A stretch of 64,000 bases of DNA from Guillardia theta CCMP2712 (taxonomy: Eukaryota; Protista; Cryptophyta), in NCBI RefSeq assembly GCF_000315625.1, contig NW_005434642.1:485869-549868 (forward strand), given 5' to 3'. Of the stretch, positions 38,723-50,682 are shown piece by piece (position 1 is the first letter of the stretch; the number at the start of each line of letters is the position of its first letter). The notes under the pieces are model-generated. The model searched no databases. It worked only from the letters and a program-made list of their open reading frames with translations, and had not been told where the DNA came from. A program made the position numbers and the translations under genes.

Positions 38723-39034
38723 NNNNNNNNNNNNNNNNNNNNNNNNNNNNNNNNNNNNNNNNNNNNNNNNNNNNNNNNNNNNNNNNNNNNNNNNNNNNNN
38801 NNNNNNNNNNNNNNNNNNNNNNNNNNNNNNNNNNNNNNNNNNNNNNNNNNNNNNNNNNNNNNNNNNNNNNNNNNNNNNNNNNNNNNNNNNNNNNNNNNNN
38901 NNNNNNNNNNNNNNNNNNNNNNNNNNNNNNNNNNNNNNNNNNNNNNNNNNNNNNNNNNNNNNNNNNNNNNNNNNNNNNNNNNNNNNNNNNNNNNNNNNNN
39001 NNNNNNNNNNNNNNNNNNNNNNNNNNNNNNNNNN
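38723..39034. other. Assembly gap (N run)
   Basis: Run of n; hides the kinase 3' end. Confidence 1.
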
Positions 39035-42000
39035 TGAACGTCAAGTTCAGAGTACAGCAGATCTGTGGATATCAGATTCAGGACTTAGAGGTCGGTATCG
39101 TGTGTTCCCCAGCCATCATGGTCGAAAGGAGCTGCTCACATACGAATTTCAGGAAGTGAGATCAGAGCTGGATAATTCATCAGGCTGCGAAGCGACATGC
39201 GATCATGACTTACTTCAATTGAGTGCTGACAACTTTGATGTTGGCAACATTTCTGAGCTGGGGAATCTGCTGGCAAGGTCAGGGGGAGGCAGGCGGGCGG
39301 ATAGAGGGGCTAACGGCCATCTGCATCAACATGATGCCAACGCTGTAGGTGTCGAAGCGATCCGGACTCATGGCCTGAGAAGAGCGTGAGGGGAAGGGAG
39401 AGGAGGAGGAGGAGGAGGGAGAAATTAGAGCACGAGGGAACGAGGGAAGGACGGAGGGTAGGAGGAGGGAGGAGAGGGTAGGAGGAAAGATGGAAGGGTA
39501 GGAGGATGGAGGAGAGGGGAAGGGAGAAGGAGAGAGAGGAGAAGGGAGGAGAAGAGAGAGGAGAGTATTTGTCACCTGCCACAAGAAAGGGGAAGCGAGC
39601 AGCGCCAGGACTCCCTTGGGCGGTTTGGGAACATCCTGAGGCATGATGTACTGGAAGAATGTGAGAAGGGGGTAAGAGGGAGAGAGGAGGAGAAGTCGAG
39701 GAGAAACAGGGAGGGTGAGAGTTGAGGAGACGGAGTTAGAAGAGCGAGAGCGAGAGCGCGAGGGAGGGAGGGAGGAAGGTAGAGAGGGGAGACAAGAACA
39801 AGTGGAATAGCTTCACCTGCTCAGGAGGGGCATATCGAGGGTCGAGCAAGCCCTTCTCAGGATCAAAGTTGAACCTGCCGACAAGAATGAAAATTGAAGA
39901 TGAGAGTGAAGTCCTGCCATGCAAACTCTTCTGCTCCCTCTCTCTCCTCCCTCTCTCTCTTCCCTCTCTGCTCTCCCTCCCTCTCTGCTCTCCCTCCCTC
40001 CCTCCCTCCCTCCCTCCCCCTGTCTCCCTTCTTTTCGCTCTCCTTTCTCCTCTCCCCTCTCCTCTGCCTCCCCTGCCCTCTTACCCGTTGCGAAGGTCCA
40101 CACAAGCCCCCAGGTCGATAAGGCGGAGAGGAGCTCCTTCGGCAGTCTCGGCGACGAGAATGTTGGCAGGTTTCACGTCCCTATGACTAAGTCAGGGAGG
40201 AAGAGGAAGAGGGAGAGGGAGAGGGAGAGGGCGAGGGAGAGGGAGAGGGAGAGGTTGGGGATGGAGGGGGGATGAGGAGGAACCGGTGGACGACGCCAGC
40301 ATCATGAAGGGTCTTGAGGGCCGTCAGGGTGTTGGCTGCGATCCTCTTGATCACTTCGACTTCCCGCTGCCTTCACGTCAGGCGCGACCAGCTCAAGTTC
40401 AGCTGGACCTTCTCAGTCTCCTCCGAACGAGCTTTCCCTCCAAACTTGGGGGTCTTGAACTCCTGGGGTACAAGTGAGAAGAAGTGAGAAGGATGGGGGG
40501 AGGAACGAAGCGGGAGGAGTCAGAGGGAAAAACTGAAGAGAAAGAGGGCGGAGGAGGGGGTGGATGGGGAGGAAGAGGACGAAGAGGGAGGCGGTGGATG
40601 GGGAGGAGGAGGAGTGAGTTAGTCGAAGGGATTGAGGAGAGGGGAGAGGAAGGAGGAAGTAGTCTGACCTCCTTGGGGTTGGCTTGCCTTCTGTAGAGCA
40701 CTAGAGATTCAAGGTTCAATGGGAATGACGGCTCCTGCAGACAAACATGTCGGCGAGAGGGGCAGGGGAGAGCAGAGGGGAGGAGGACCATCATGTAAGA
40801 CTCTAGAGTTCGACTCCCTTCGAAGTTCCAAACCAGAAGTCTGGGAGCGAACAAAGTTAGCACAACCAAGGTAGTGAGACTCTACACAAGCAAGAACACA
40901 AGCACAAGTACAAACACAATCTCCTTCTCCTTCTCCTCCTCCCCCCCTTCATTTCACTACCTTCCAGGTCCCATCACATCGCCTGCATGCAGCTGTCAGG
41001 TTTCTCCTCCTTCTCCTCCTCCTCTTTCTCCTCCTCCTCTCCCACCTGCTCGCCGTTGTGCCCCGAGAAACGTCGCAAAGTAAGCTTGCTTGCCCAACCG
41101 ACGAACCCTGGAGGGAAAAAGAAAAGGGAGGGAGGGGAGAGTGGTCAACTCGTGCGGCAGGAAGGAGGCGCGTACCTCCGGTTGAAATAAGCTTCAATGT
41201 CAGCCTGATCATCATCGAGGCATCGCTTGATGACGACTCGTCCCTCCTCGTCCCTCCTTCCCTTGAGCTTTTTCCTCCCTTCCGACGTCGTGAACGCCTC
41301 GTACGCCAGCCCGAAGGTTCCCTTGCCCAGCGTCCTACCAACCTGAGCGCTCATGTCACTTTCTACCTCCCTCTTCCCTCTCTTCCCCTTCCCTTCTCCC
41401 TTGCACGCACTCCTCTGCTTCTCAAACACCGAGTCCGTTTCCTCCCCTCTTTCTCCCTCCTCCCTCCTCCTTTCCTTCTCCTTCCCCTTCGTCCTCCTCC
41501 CTTCTCCTCCCCCTCCCCCACCTTGGGGCTGATGTCGTCTGGACCCCAGTTGTCTTCACTCCTCGCGTCGATGGCCTTGAGGAAGAGCCGGTCGAGCAGA
41601 CCATTCATGACGTTGGGAGGAGACAACAGGTACAGGAAGCCGAGGATGCTTCCACCCAGCCTCAGGCCGAGGTCAACGCTGCTGGCCTCCTGCTGAGAAG
41701 GTCAGGGACAAGCTTGCTGCAAAGGAGCAGGTGACATTGAGCGGAGGAAGCATGGCTGCGCTCAAGGTCGAGAGGAAATCGCTCGCTGCCGGCGCCAAAG
41801 CTGCGATGGTAAGATGAGAGATGAAGAGAGGAGAGGAGAAGAGAGGAGAGGGACACATCGATCGAGAGGGAGGAGGAAGGAGGCGTCCAACGATGATACG
41901 GGGCAGGTGAGGAAGGCAGGAGGCGATGCCTGAAAGGCTGATCGCTTCGTCGAGCATGGAGCATCGGACACCAGAGGCTCGGGGCCTACGGGAGTCTGAC

Positions 42001-42422
42001 TGCTGAAACAAGTTAGCTGAGATCCATAGCGGATTAACTGCGCGAGAAGACAAGGCAATGGTGGAGGACAACAGTGAGAGGATAGTATGGAGATCGAGAA
42101 GAGGGCGAGAAGCGAGCGAGGGGAGAGGAAGGAGATCGAGAAGAGGGCGAGAAGCGAGCGAGAGGAGAGGAAGGAGTAGAACAAACCTTAAGTGACCTTC
42201 CCTGCTCGCCGCACCAGCCTCGAGTTTGGGTCTGCAACTTGTATGTCAGGAGCGAGAGAATCTCTGAGAGAGGAGCCGACAGGTCGGGAGTTGGTGGAGA
42301 TGAAGTTGGTAGAGACTGTCCACGAATGTGTTGACATGAAACCTGAGGCGCCAGTCACTTGCGATAGAGCGGTACCACAGGGTTCAGTTACATGAAGCAA
42401 GGAGGACTGAGCAAAGGAGCAT
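39035..42422 (-). CDS. STN7/STN8 (Stt7)-like thylakoid Ser/Thr kinase, multi-exon; 3' end in gap
   Basis: [108 protein letters not shown]. Tentative presequence MLLCSVLLASLTGASG-F, which needs a 34-bp intron. Confidence 0.88.
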
Positions 42423-42944
42423 CTCCTGCGGTTCAGGGGTGAGACGACGCAGCAGCTAGCGCTGATACATGTCTCTACCTTCACTGACTTGTTCGGATCT
42501 TTCAGTTTCATCAAGTCGAAACACGACGGCATCATGCCTGGAAAAGCACAGACTCTTGTAAGCATACGCACAAAACGACAGACTTTGTGTGTGTGTGTGT
42601 GGGGGGGCAGTTGAGTGCAAGAGCTGGTAGCCAATCAATCCAACTCTCTCTTGCGTCTCGCTGTCAACAACAGATAAACTGAATTCATGCTCCTTGTCTC
42701 TCTCGCATTGCCTCGAGATCATAAGCAAGCAACGGAATTGGGGCCCTCTTACGTATCCTGCACCACCTACGTCCTAGCGACAACGCCACAAAGCGAGAGA
42801 GTCTAACACAGTTGAGGAGGAGGTGAGAGTCTGCCTGATTCTGTTTGTTCAAGACCTTCTCATCCTCTGCTCTCCCTCCCTCCCCTCCCTCCCCTCCCTC
42901 CCGCCTTCCACAATCCCATTTTCATTTCTTGCACCATTCCCATG

Positions 42945-43680
42945 CTCTAAACCCTACCCTGCGTATCACACCCCTACCCCCCCATCACAACCACCTACCC
43001 TACTGTAACAAAATCCTCATCACCCATGACCCTCTCAATCTACAGTTATATACCCGGTGATACCTAGTTTGACCTAGGGGGGGACCCCCTACCACAATAA
43101 CTCTTCACCCTACCCTCAAATCATTTTCATACCCTACCCCCGTGCTGGGTGTACCCTACCCATCGTTGAAAAATTCTCACTGCCGCCCCCATTGATGATT
43201 TTATCAGCACTACCCCACCCCAAGAGTACCATGACCCTACCACCCTGAAGTCCCTTTCAGATCACAAAGTGGAAGTACCCCTTTATTTCAAGTGAACTTT
43301 GGGGTTCTAATTGAAAAATCTCACCCACCCCAGTCTTGGTTTCAACCACCCCCACCATAACTTTGCGTCGCCTTTGTTGTAGGGGTGACTGTCCCTCCAT
43401 GAAGGGTGGGGTGGGGTCATCAAATCTGAATCTCTACAGGTTTCAACCACCCTCTAATCAAAGGGTAGTATGCGGTAGAAAGAGGGGTAATAGAATGCAC
43501 ACAAACTAGCGAGGTGGGTGGGGTACATCTAACAGGTATCCAGCAAGGGGTACTTGAAGCACATAAGTACGGGTAGTTCAAGTGTGTATAGTGATCACCC
43601 TAAGGTAATCCTGTAAAACTACCCCCTCCTGCCCACCTACCCCTACCCCCATTTCCAAAGGTATTTTCACCCCTTGGTAA
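42945..43680. promoter_or_regulatory. TACCC/GGGGTA block with internal strand switches
   Basis: C-rich 42945-43360, G-rich 43380-43580, C-rich 43595-43680. Confidence 0.4.
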
Positions 43681-43719
43681 ACTTCCGAGGCGGGTTGTTA
43701 GCTCATCGCAAACATCCTT

Positions 43720-44279
43720 GTGCCCCCTCCCTTCCGCTCCCCTCCTGCTCCTCCTGCTCCTCCTCCTGCCCCTCGGACACAATCATCACCGGCACTTGCG
43801 GAGGAGCGGGATCGATCACCTGCTACACCTGCAAGGGGAGCTGCACGTGGACAATGAGCTTCACTGCGGCTGTGCAAGGATACTCCTCCAGCGACTACAC
43901 TGCAGCCCTCGGGTCCCTCGGGTCGGCCACGGTCACGAGCACGCAAGTGGTGTATCAGTTGAATCCCACTGGGAACATGAGCTACACGCTGGTGTCAACT
44001 TCAATCGCTGTGACAGCCATCGATGGGAAGGGGACGACCCCACTGAGCTACTCGGCGGTGGAGAGCAATCTCAAGACCAAGAGCATCACGTTGATTGCGT
44101 TCCAAGACAGCGTCAAATACGAAAAGCAAGAGATGCCCCTGGCCTCTCCTACCGTGTTTGTCTTCCTGAAGGGATCTGCCTCCGTCTCATTGGCTGACTT
44201 CAAGGCAAATTTGGGCACCTTCAAGCAGGTGATCGCCACAGCTGCTGGAGTGAACGTGGACAACGTGCTCGACGTCAAC
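43720..44279 (+). CDS. Fragment of a Cys-rich/Ser-Thr-rich surface-type protein, cut by a gap
   Basis: Coding-like open frame CSSCSSSCPSDTIITGTCGGAGSITCYTCKG...FKQVIATAAGVNVDNVLDVN; no clear 5' exon. Confidence 0.55.
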
Positions 44280-44379
44280 NNNNNNNNNNNNNNNNNNNNN
44301 NNNNNNNNNNNNNNNNNNNNNNNNNNNNNNNNNNNNNNNNNNNNNNNNNNNNNNNNNNNNNNNNNNNNNNNNNNNNNNN
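44280..44379. other. Assembly gap (N run)
   Basis: Run of n. Confidence 1.
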
Positions 44380-44412
44380 CTGCTCCTGCTCCTGCTCCTG
44401 CTCCTACTCCTA

Positions 44413-44444
<32 letters not shown>

Positions 44445-44550
44445 TCTGCTTCTGCTTCTGCTCCTACTCCTGATCCTCCTGCTCCTCCTTCTCCTCCTGC
44501 TCCTGCTCCTGCTCCTGCTCCTACTCCTGCTCCTGCCCCTGCCCCTGCTC
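44380..44550. repeat. (CTCCTG)n hexamer repeat
   Basis: Degenerate tandem hexamer after the gap. Confidence 0.85.
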
Positions 44551-44828
44551 TTCTTACCTCCTCTCCTGCTCGTGGACCCCTTCCTTTCTTCTCTCTATCG
44601 GCGCTTCCTCTTCCGTCTCCTTGTCGCTCCTCTTGCTCTTATCTTTATCTTTCTCATCCCCTTGCAGGTTTCACCTCTCCCTTCGATATTCTGCTGCTCA
44701 CTTGGCAACCTCAAAGTCCTGCTGCCTTCACCTCTTTTCTCTCCCTCCCTCTACCTTCCTCCCCCGGACCCTCTCACTATCTTCCTCCCCTTTCCTCCCA
44801 TCTCCTCATTCCACTCGTCGATCGCTTC

Positions 44829-47229
44829 ATGTACGCCATCGGGCATTTCAAGCCTGTAGCAGCGAAGACAAGGTGGAGTTGCCACTGGTGGACGAGGCTG
44901 CCCCAGCACAAGAGCCGAAGCTGCACACGAAGGCTCTCATCAGCGTTTGCATCGCAGAAACAAGACCTCTGTGCGTCCTCTGCCTTGCCCGAGCGTGAAG
45001 TCTGACGGCCCGAGGGCAGACAAAGTGCTAGGGGTGAAGAAGACTGCCACGAAACAGGAGATACAGGTAGGAAGCTCCTTCCTTCCGCTCTTGTCATCCT
45101 CGTACAGAATGCCTTCCGCAAGATGGCGCTCGAGAAGCATCCGGATATTCGCAGGTCTGCCGATGAGGAGGAGCAGAAGTTGCACAAGGAAGAGTTCCTG
45201 GAGATCATGACGGCTGTCTCCATCCTATCCAACGCCGACGAGAGACAAAAGTATGATAGATTCCTCGCTGCCCGCGCCCAACCAGCCTGGGTGCAGCCCC
45301 AGGACTTCAGGCGAGCAAGCGAGCATCTCAAGGGTTGTCTCTGAGACGTGGTGCGCAGAGAACAAGGACCGAGGGCGGAGGGAGGGCCCGACGACGGGCA
45401 AGCGAAGCCAAGTTGGGTGGAGTTGCAAGAGAGGCTGAGGAGGAACAAGGACATAGACAGCGTCATCACCCAGGTGCTGCGGGTCTCCTTCAGCCCCTGC
45501 TGACCCGCTTGACAAGTTCATGGATGAATTCTACGAGAGCATGTCGCAGGCGTACTGGGGCCCTTCCTTCTACGGTCAGGTGCTGCTTTCCCTCCTGCAT
45601 GTGCGAACGTGTAAAGGGTAGATCGCAGCTATGGCAGCTACTGGATTTTGAGGTTTTCATGCCAAAGTAGTTGTGTGCGAGCTAAGGCCTGTTGGAGCTG
45701 GACTGCAGGAACAAAGAGACAAGCTTGTTCGACCCAGTGACAAAACTTCCTCTCACCTGCATCTTGAGCGGCAGGCAACTGATCGGACATGTCTGCTTGT
45801 CTTCCCGAAGATCGAGGAGTTGTAACATGTGGCAGGTGAAGGAGAGGAGGATTCCTCTCCTTGCAGACACGCAAAAGTCACAGATGCTGCCTGGCTCTCC
45901 CACAGTGTGCGAGGAGGAAGCCCATGATGTCGGCCATGAGCGCTCTCAGCCGCAACAGCGTCAGGATGAAGATGAAGTTGAAGAGATTCTGGAGCTTCAC
46001 TTCATGTAGTCATGCTATCTCGAATGTTCTTGTCCTTTGTTTGAGGGCGGACAATGCTTGCACTCCATTGCACTCTGGTTCAAGTCTAAGTGGAATAAGT
46101 TGAAGTGATGTGATGTGATGTGATATCATGTCATGTCATGTCATGTCATGTCATGTCACGTCACGTAATGCCATGTGATATATACTTAGAAGTTTTCATC
46201 GTATCAATCAGTGTTTGATCTGCATGACTTGTTGTATCCCAGGGAAGAACTGAAAGCCTGGTGTGAAATCCCAAGAGACGTCAATCAGAACCTCAAGATC
46301 TTCATAGTGAATGAGGAGAAGGCAGACTCGTTCAGCGGGGAGCTGGTGGCAAAGATCCCTTACGCGCCGATGAGGATGAGATCGTCAATGACATTGAGGA
46401 ATCTGATGGTGAAGATTTGGAGTAAATCCACGACGGGCGAAGGGAAAAAGCAATGGGAGCAGAACTACACGCTGATTCGCTTCAAAACTCCATGGGTGAG
46501 ATGACAGGCAGGAGGAGAGGAGAGGCAAGAAAAGGAGGGGTGGTTAGGAGAGGCCCAGGCGAGAGGAGAGGAGGAAAAGCAAGGAGGGAAGGAGATTGGA
46601 GAAGGGGGTTGAGAAGGAGAGGAGAGAGGAGGGAGTGGAGGGAAGAAGAGAAGTGGAGGGGATTCGAATCAAGAAGGGGAGGGGAGAGGAGGGGTGAGAA
46701 GGAGAGGAGGGGAAGGTGTTGACTTGACTCAGGTGCTTCACTTCTACCTCATGCATCGATCTGGTCTCTGCGTCTTCCGCGGTCAGCAGGCTGCCCAGCT
46801 GCCCAAGTGACAAGCTGCGGCGATGGCGAGACGACTGACGAGGGGCAGGTGGATGTGGCTGTTTGATGCTCGAGTTGAGACGCACGTGGATGGTGAGAAG
46901 AGAGGGGGGCGAGAAGAGAGGGAGGGAAGAGATGGAGAAGAAGGAGGAGGGAGACGAGATGGAGGGGAGGGAGAAAAAAGGGAGGGAGAAGAGAGGGAGG
47001 GGAGAGAAGGGACTGAGACTTTTGCAGGGTCCTGGTACCTTGAACGAGGACAAGGAAGGCAGAGGATTATCAGTGCGAGGAGGAGGGAGGCGGTGGTGGT
47101 GGGGGGGCTGACGTGGTCGCAGAGGTGCATCGAATCTCGGAGGATGAGATGAAGGAGTTCGGGCTGCAGACCATCTTGATCATCTTCTTGACCAACATCC
47201 AAGAAAGGCTGCAAAGGGAAGCAAGATAA
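44829..47229 (+). CDS. DnaJ-domain protein (N-terminal J domain, long C-terminal region), multi-exon, possible mitochondrial presequence
   Basis: Spliced [31 protein letters not shown]...ILSNADERQKYD. Later exons AYWGP, ILSGRQLIGHV, FKTPW, MWLFDARVETH, GSWYLE; ends ...QERLQREAR*. Confidence 0.8.
46104..46166. repeat. (GTGAT)n/(CATGT)n pentamer repeats in an intron
   Basis: Directly visible. Confidence 0.85.
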
Positions 47230-47418
47230 GAGTAGAGGTTTGTTTTCTTTGTTTTGTTCTGAGTTTCTATTCCCCGTTCACCTCGCTTCCTCCTCTTTAG
47301 TAGAGTATCTCTGCTTTTCCCGTCTCGCTCTCTCCTGCTATCCTTGGTTTCTGTTTCTACAACCTCTTCCTCCTGCTTCCACGTCCACACCACAAGAGGA
47401 TCCTTGCAAGGAGCAGAC

Positions 47419-48653
47419 TCATCTGCGAACATGGAACCCATCCTTCCACTCCTCGACCGACACCTTCACCTGCCCGTCAGAGCAGCAGGAGCAGCAAGAA
47501 AGTCAACCTTGCTGTCATGGTCTTTGTCGAACTCGAGCAGGAACAGGTACGACATGCCCACCCCACCCTTCCTCGGCTTGTCGCTGCTGAAGCCTGCTAC
47601 CCCTGCCTCCACCATCTCCCGGTTCTGAGGGATCCATTGAGCAGGAAGTAGCAAGAGCAAGAGGAGATACAGAAGGGAGGAGAGGAGCAGGATGGAGGAG
47701 AGAGGGAGAGATGATGATGTAGATGAGAAGAGCGAGAAGGGGGAAGACGAAGAAGTCACGATAAGGAGCAAGACGAGGACGACGAGGACGACGAGGACGA
47801 GGAGGAGGAGGGGGAGGAGGAGGAGGAGGGGGAGGACGAGGAGCAACATCACCATGTACTTCCCCACGAAGTTTCTGATCTCTGTTAGGTTGAGATGATC
47901 GTCGTTGTCGAGATCAAACGATCGCATCATGTCGACCGTCATCACGTCGCCAAGAGCTCCTGCCGTCTCTCCGTCACGGCGACTGCAGCACATATCCCTC
48001 CCCCCCCCCCCTTTCCTTCCTCCTCCCCCTCCTCCCTCTTCACTTCCTCCTCATCCTCCTGCTCCTCCTGCCCCTCACCATCGACATAAAACGGTTCTTG
48101 CGGCTGGTCATGAAACAGCTCAGCCACCCACTCGTCCCATGTGACTTTCTTGTCCTTGTTCTTGTCCACCTGCTCGAACGCCTTGCAAGCTCAAAGTCAT
48201 GCGGCTGCTCCTGCCGTCGCCTCCTCCTCCCTCACCTTCTTCCCAGCATCGGTCTCGTTGCCAACGAACCATTTCCCGCCGAGCTGCGCGCCCATCGCAT
48301 CCTCCTCCTCCTCCTCTCGGTCCGAGCTGATGGACTGAAAGTGCCTGCCATGCTGAACGTCACCCGCGTCTCTTCCCTGCCCGGCACCAGCACTCACAGC
48401 TCGAACTCCTGTTCGTTGATAACACCATCTGCACGTTCAGCATGAGGACAGGAACAGCTGCCGCGCGCCCTTCACCTCGGTCGAGGTCCTTGGCGTTGAA
48501 GTAGAGGTGCTCCATGTACAGAGGATGCTCCTCCTCCATCAGCAGGTCGCTCTCCTCCTGCCCATCGTCCTCCGCCTGCTCCTGCGCCTTGACCGAGACG
48601 TTCGACAGCAACAGAAGGCTGAGCAGCAGCAGGACCGCGGTCCTCTGGTTCAT
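47419..48653 (-). CDS. Secretory-pathway multi-EF-hand protein (CREC/calumenin-like)
   Basis: Signal peptide MNQRTAVLLLLSLLLLSNVSVKA. EF loops DLDRDGVINEQE, DKNKDKKVTWDE, DLDNDDHLNLTE and DKDHDSK..SVEE. Confidence 0.8.
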
Positions 48654-48977
48654 CCTGCAGGTCAGACAGGCTGAGGAGGGGAGGGGGAGGGAGAGGGGTT
48701 GAGAAGACGGCGGCGGCAAGGGGAGCGATGGGGTTTGAGGGGGGCGGGGAGGGGAGGAAGGGATTTGCTGGGAGGCGGAAAAAACTGCTTTTAGGGGGAG
48801 GGGAGGAAGCGGGAGGGGGGAAGACAGCGAGGTGAAAAGAGGAGCGAAGGAGAGAGGGAGGGGAAGAGGACAGAGAAGGGAGAGGACAGAGACAGTCTAG
48901 CAGGGAGAGAAGAAGAGGTAGAGGAGGGAGGGGAGGAGAGGAGAAAGTAGCGAGCGAGACCGAGTCAGGATTTCGAT

Positions 48978-50091
48978 TTATTCGGAGCAAGGGAGGGAGG
49001 GAGGAGGAGTGTCCTTATAGATCGCAAGTACGTTCTTGCAGTGCCCATTGATGTCCTTCGGCCACTCGATGCGACGGGATTGCCAACCGAAAGAAAGCGC
49101 CAAATCTGCATGAAGGGTGAGGGGAGCGTTTAGCTCTCGTAGGAGAGGAGGAGAGGAAAAGGGAGGTGAAGGAGGAGGGAGGAGGGAGGAGGGAGGTGAA
49201 GGAGGAGGGAGGGGGGTGGGGGATGGGGGGGTTGAACCTTGCAGGGCCTCGAAGAACTTGTGGGTGCAGTCCAGGACGAGGATGAGGCAGGAGGGTTTCA
49301 CTCGCTCGAACATGTCCTTGAACATGGCGAACTCATTCTCCTGCTCTTCCTGTCACTGCCCGGCCACATTAGAACCAAGACAACCCGAACGGCCTTGAGG
49401 TTCTCGGCGATGACGAAGGAGAGGAGCACGATATCCAACGCGGGCATCTCCTGCGCGAGGGTGAAGTTGGCGCCGTCCGAGAGAGGCCGCACGATGTCGC
49501 AGGAGGAGAAGACGACAGCGTCTCCTCGGCACTCGACATCGCATGCACGCAAGCACTCCTGCGAGTGAGACATGAGGAGACAGCAGGCAGGTAGAGCAGG
49601 GGGACAACCAGCAGCACGTCGTTGGCTTGCCTCCAACCTTGTTCGATGTCCAAGACATGAACCCGCAACCCTCTCGGCTGCGACGTGAAGTTTCTGTGCA
49701 ACACCATGCCGACCACGTCACAGCCCGGACCCCCGCCGAGGGAGGCGACGAGCAGCTCGTGTTCGCTGCTCCTCTCCTGCTGCAGCCTGACAACGTCAGG
49801 ATGGGACAATATGATGCCCAACTGAGCAGAGCGATGGGGGAAGTGTCGGCGGATGTACCCGCTCCTCGCCTCCTCGTCAGAGAAATCCGGCGAGCATTCC
49901 CATTGAACCACAGTCGAAAGCTTTCTCATAAGCTTCCTGCTCTTAACCCGGTCCTCTGGCGCAAGCTTGTCCAACAAGACCGGCATGAGGGCCTTCAAAA
50001 CCGTTTCATGGTACTTGAGGTACTTGAGCGCACATTTCCTTGCTGCGTGCAGCTCCTTCTGTGGATCGTGAGAAGCCGTGTCGTTGCTCAT
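48978..50091 (-). CDS. Putative class I SAM-dependent methyltransferase-fold protein
   Basis: LVASLGGGPGCD (motif I-like), VHVLD, SCDI, DIVLLSFVIAE and LILVLD in short-intron exons. Confidence 0.6.
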
Positions 50092-50239
50092 GGAGATGAT
50101 TGAGCAGCTGATATCAACTCATCGATCGAGCGCGGAGGTAACAGCAGCAATGATCTAGGAAGATCCCCATTCGAATACAACGCACTTCACATCACCTACT
50201 CAACACGTCAACACGTTCTTCTATCTCTCCCCCTCTTTC

Positions 50240-50350
50240 TCTCTCCTCCTCCTCTCCTCCTCTCCTCCTCTCCTCCTCTCCTCCTCTCCTCCTCTCCTCC
50301 TCTCCTCCTCTCCTCCTCTCCTCCTCTCCTTCTCCCTCCTCTCTTCTCTC
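50240..50350. repeat. (CTCCTCT)-type pyrimidine repeat
   Basis: Directly visible. Confidence 0.85.
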
Positions 50351-50416
50351 CTCCACTCGCCCATGGCTCACTTTGTTGCTCATCCCCCTCATTCTCGTAT
50401 TCATCGCCCTCATTCC

Positions 50417-50682
50417 CTGTGGCATGCTCGTTCCCTATCAAGTTCGCTAGGACCTCTTTTAGGACTTTGGGGTCTATTCTTGTAGCCCACCTATTCCTAA
50501 GACCTAAGTCTAGAGATGAAGAGTAGGGCACTACGGAAGCTACGTCTCTTCTATGACCAGAAGTGCACACTCTAGGACCTGGTTAGTATGACCTAGGGCC
50601 TCTCGAAGACATAGGCTCACTAGCACAAATTCCGATAGGAATCCTATGACCCCGGGAGTTGTGCGACGAGAATGCTGTGGCA
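50417..50682. mobile_element. Candidate 250-bp insertion flanked by 8-bp direct repeats CTGTGGCA
   Basis: CTGTGGCA at 50417-50424 and 50675-50682. Near-terminal 9/10 inverted match GCATGCTCGT / ACGAGAATGC. Interior is unusually TA/CTAG-rich. Confidence 0.45.
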
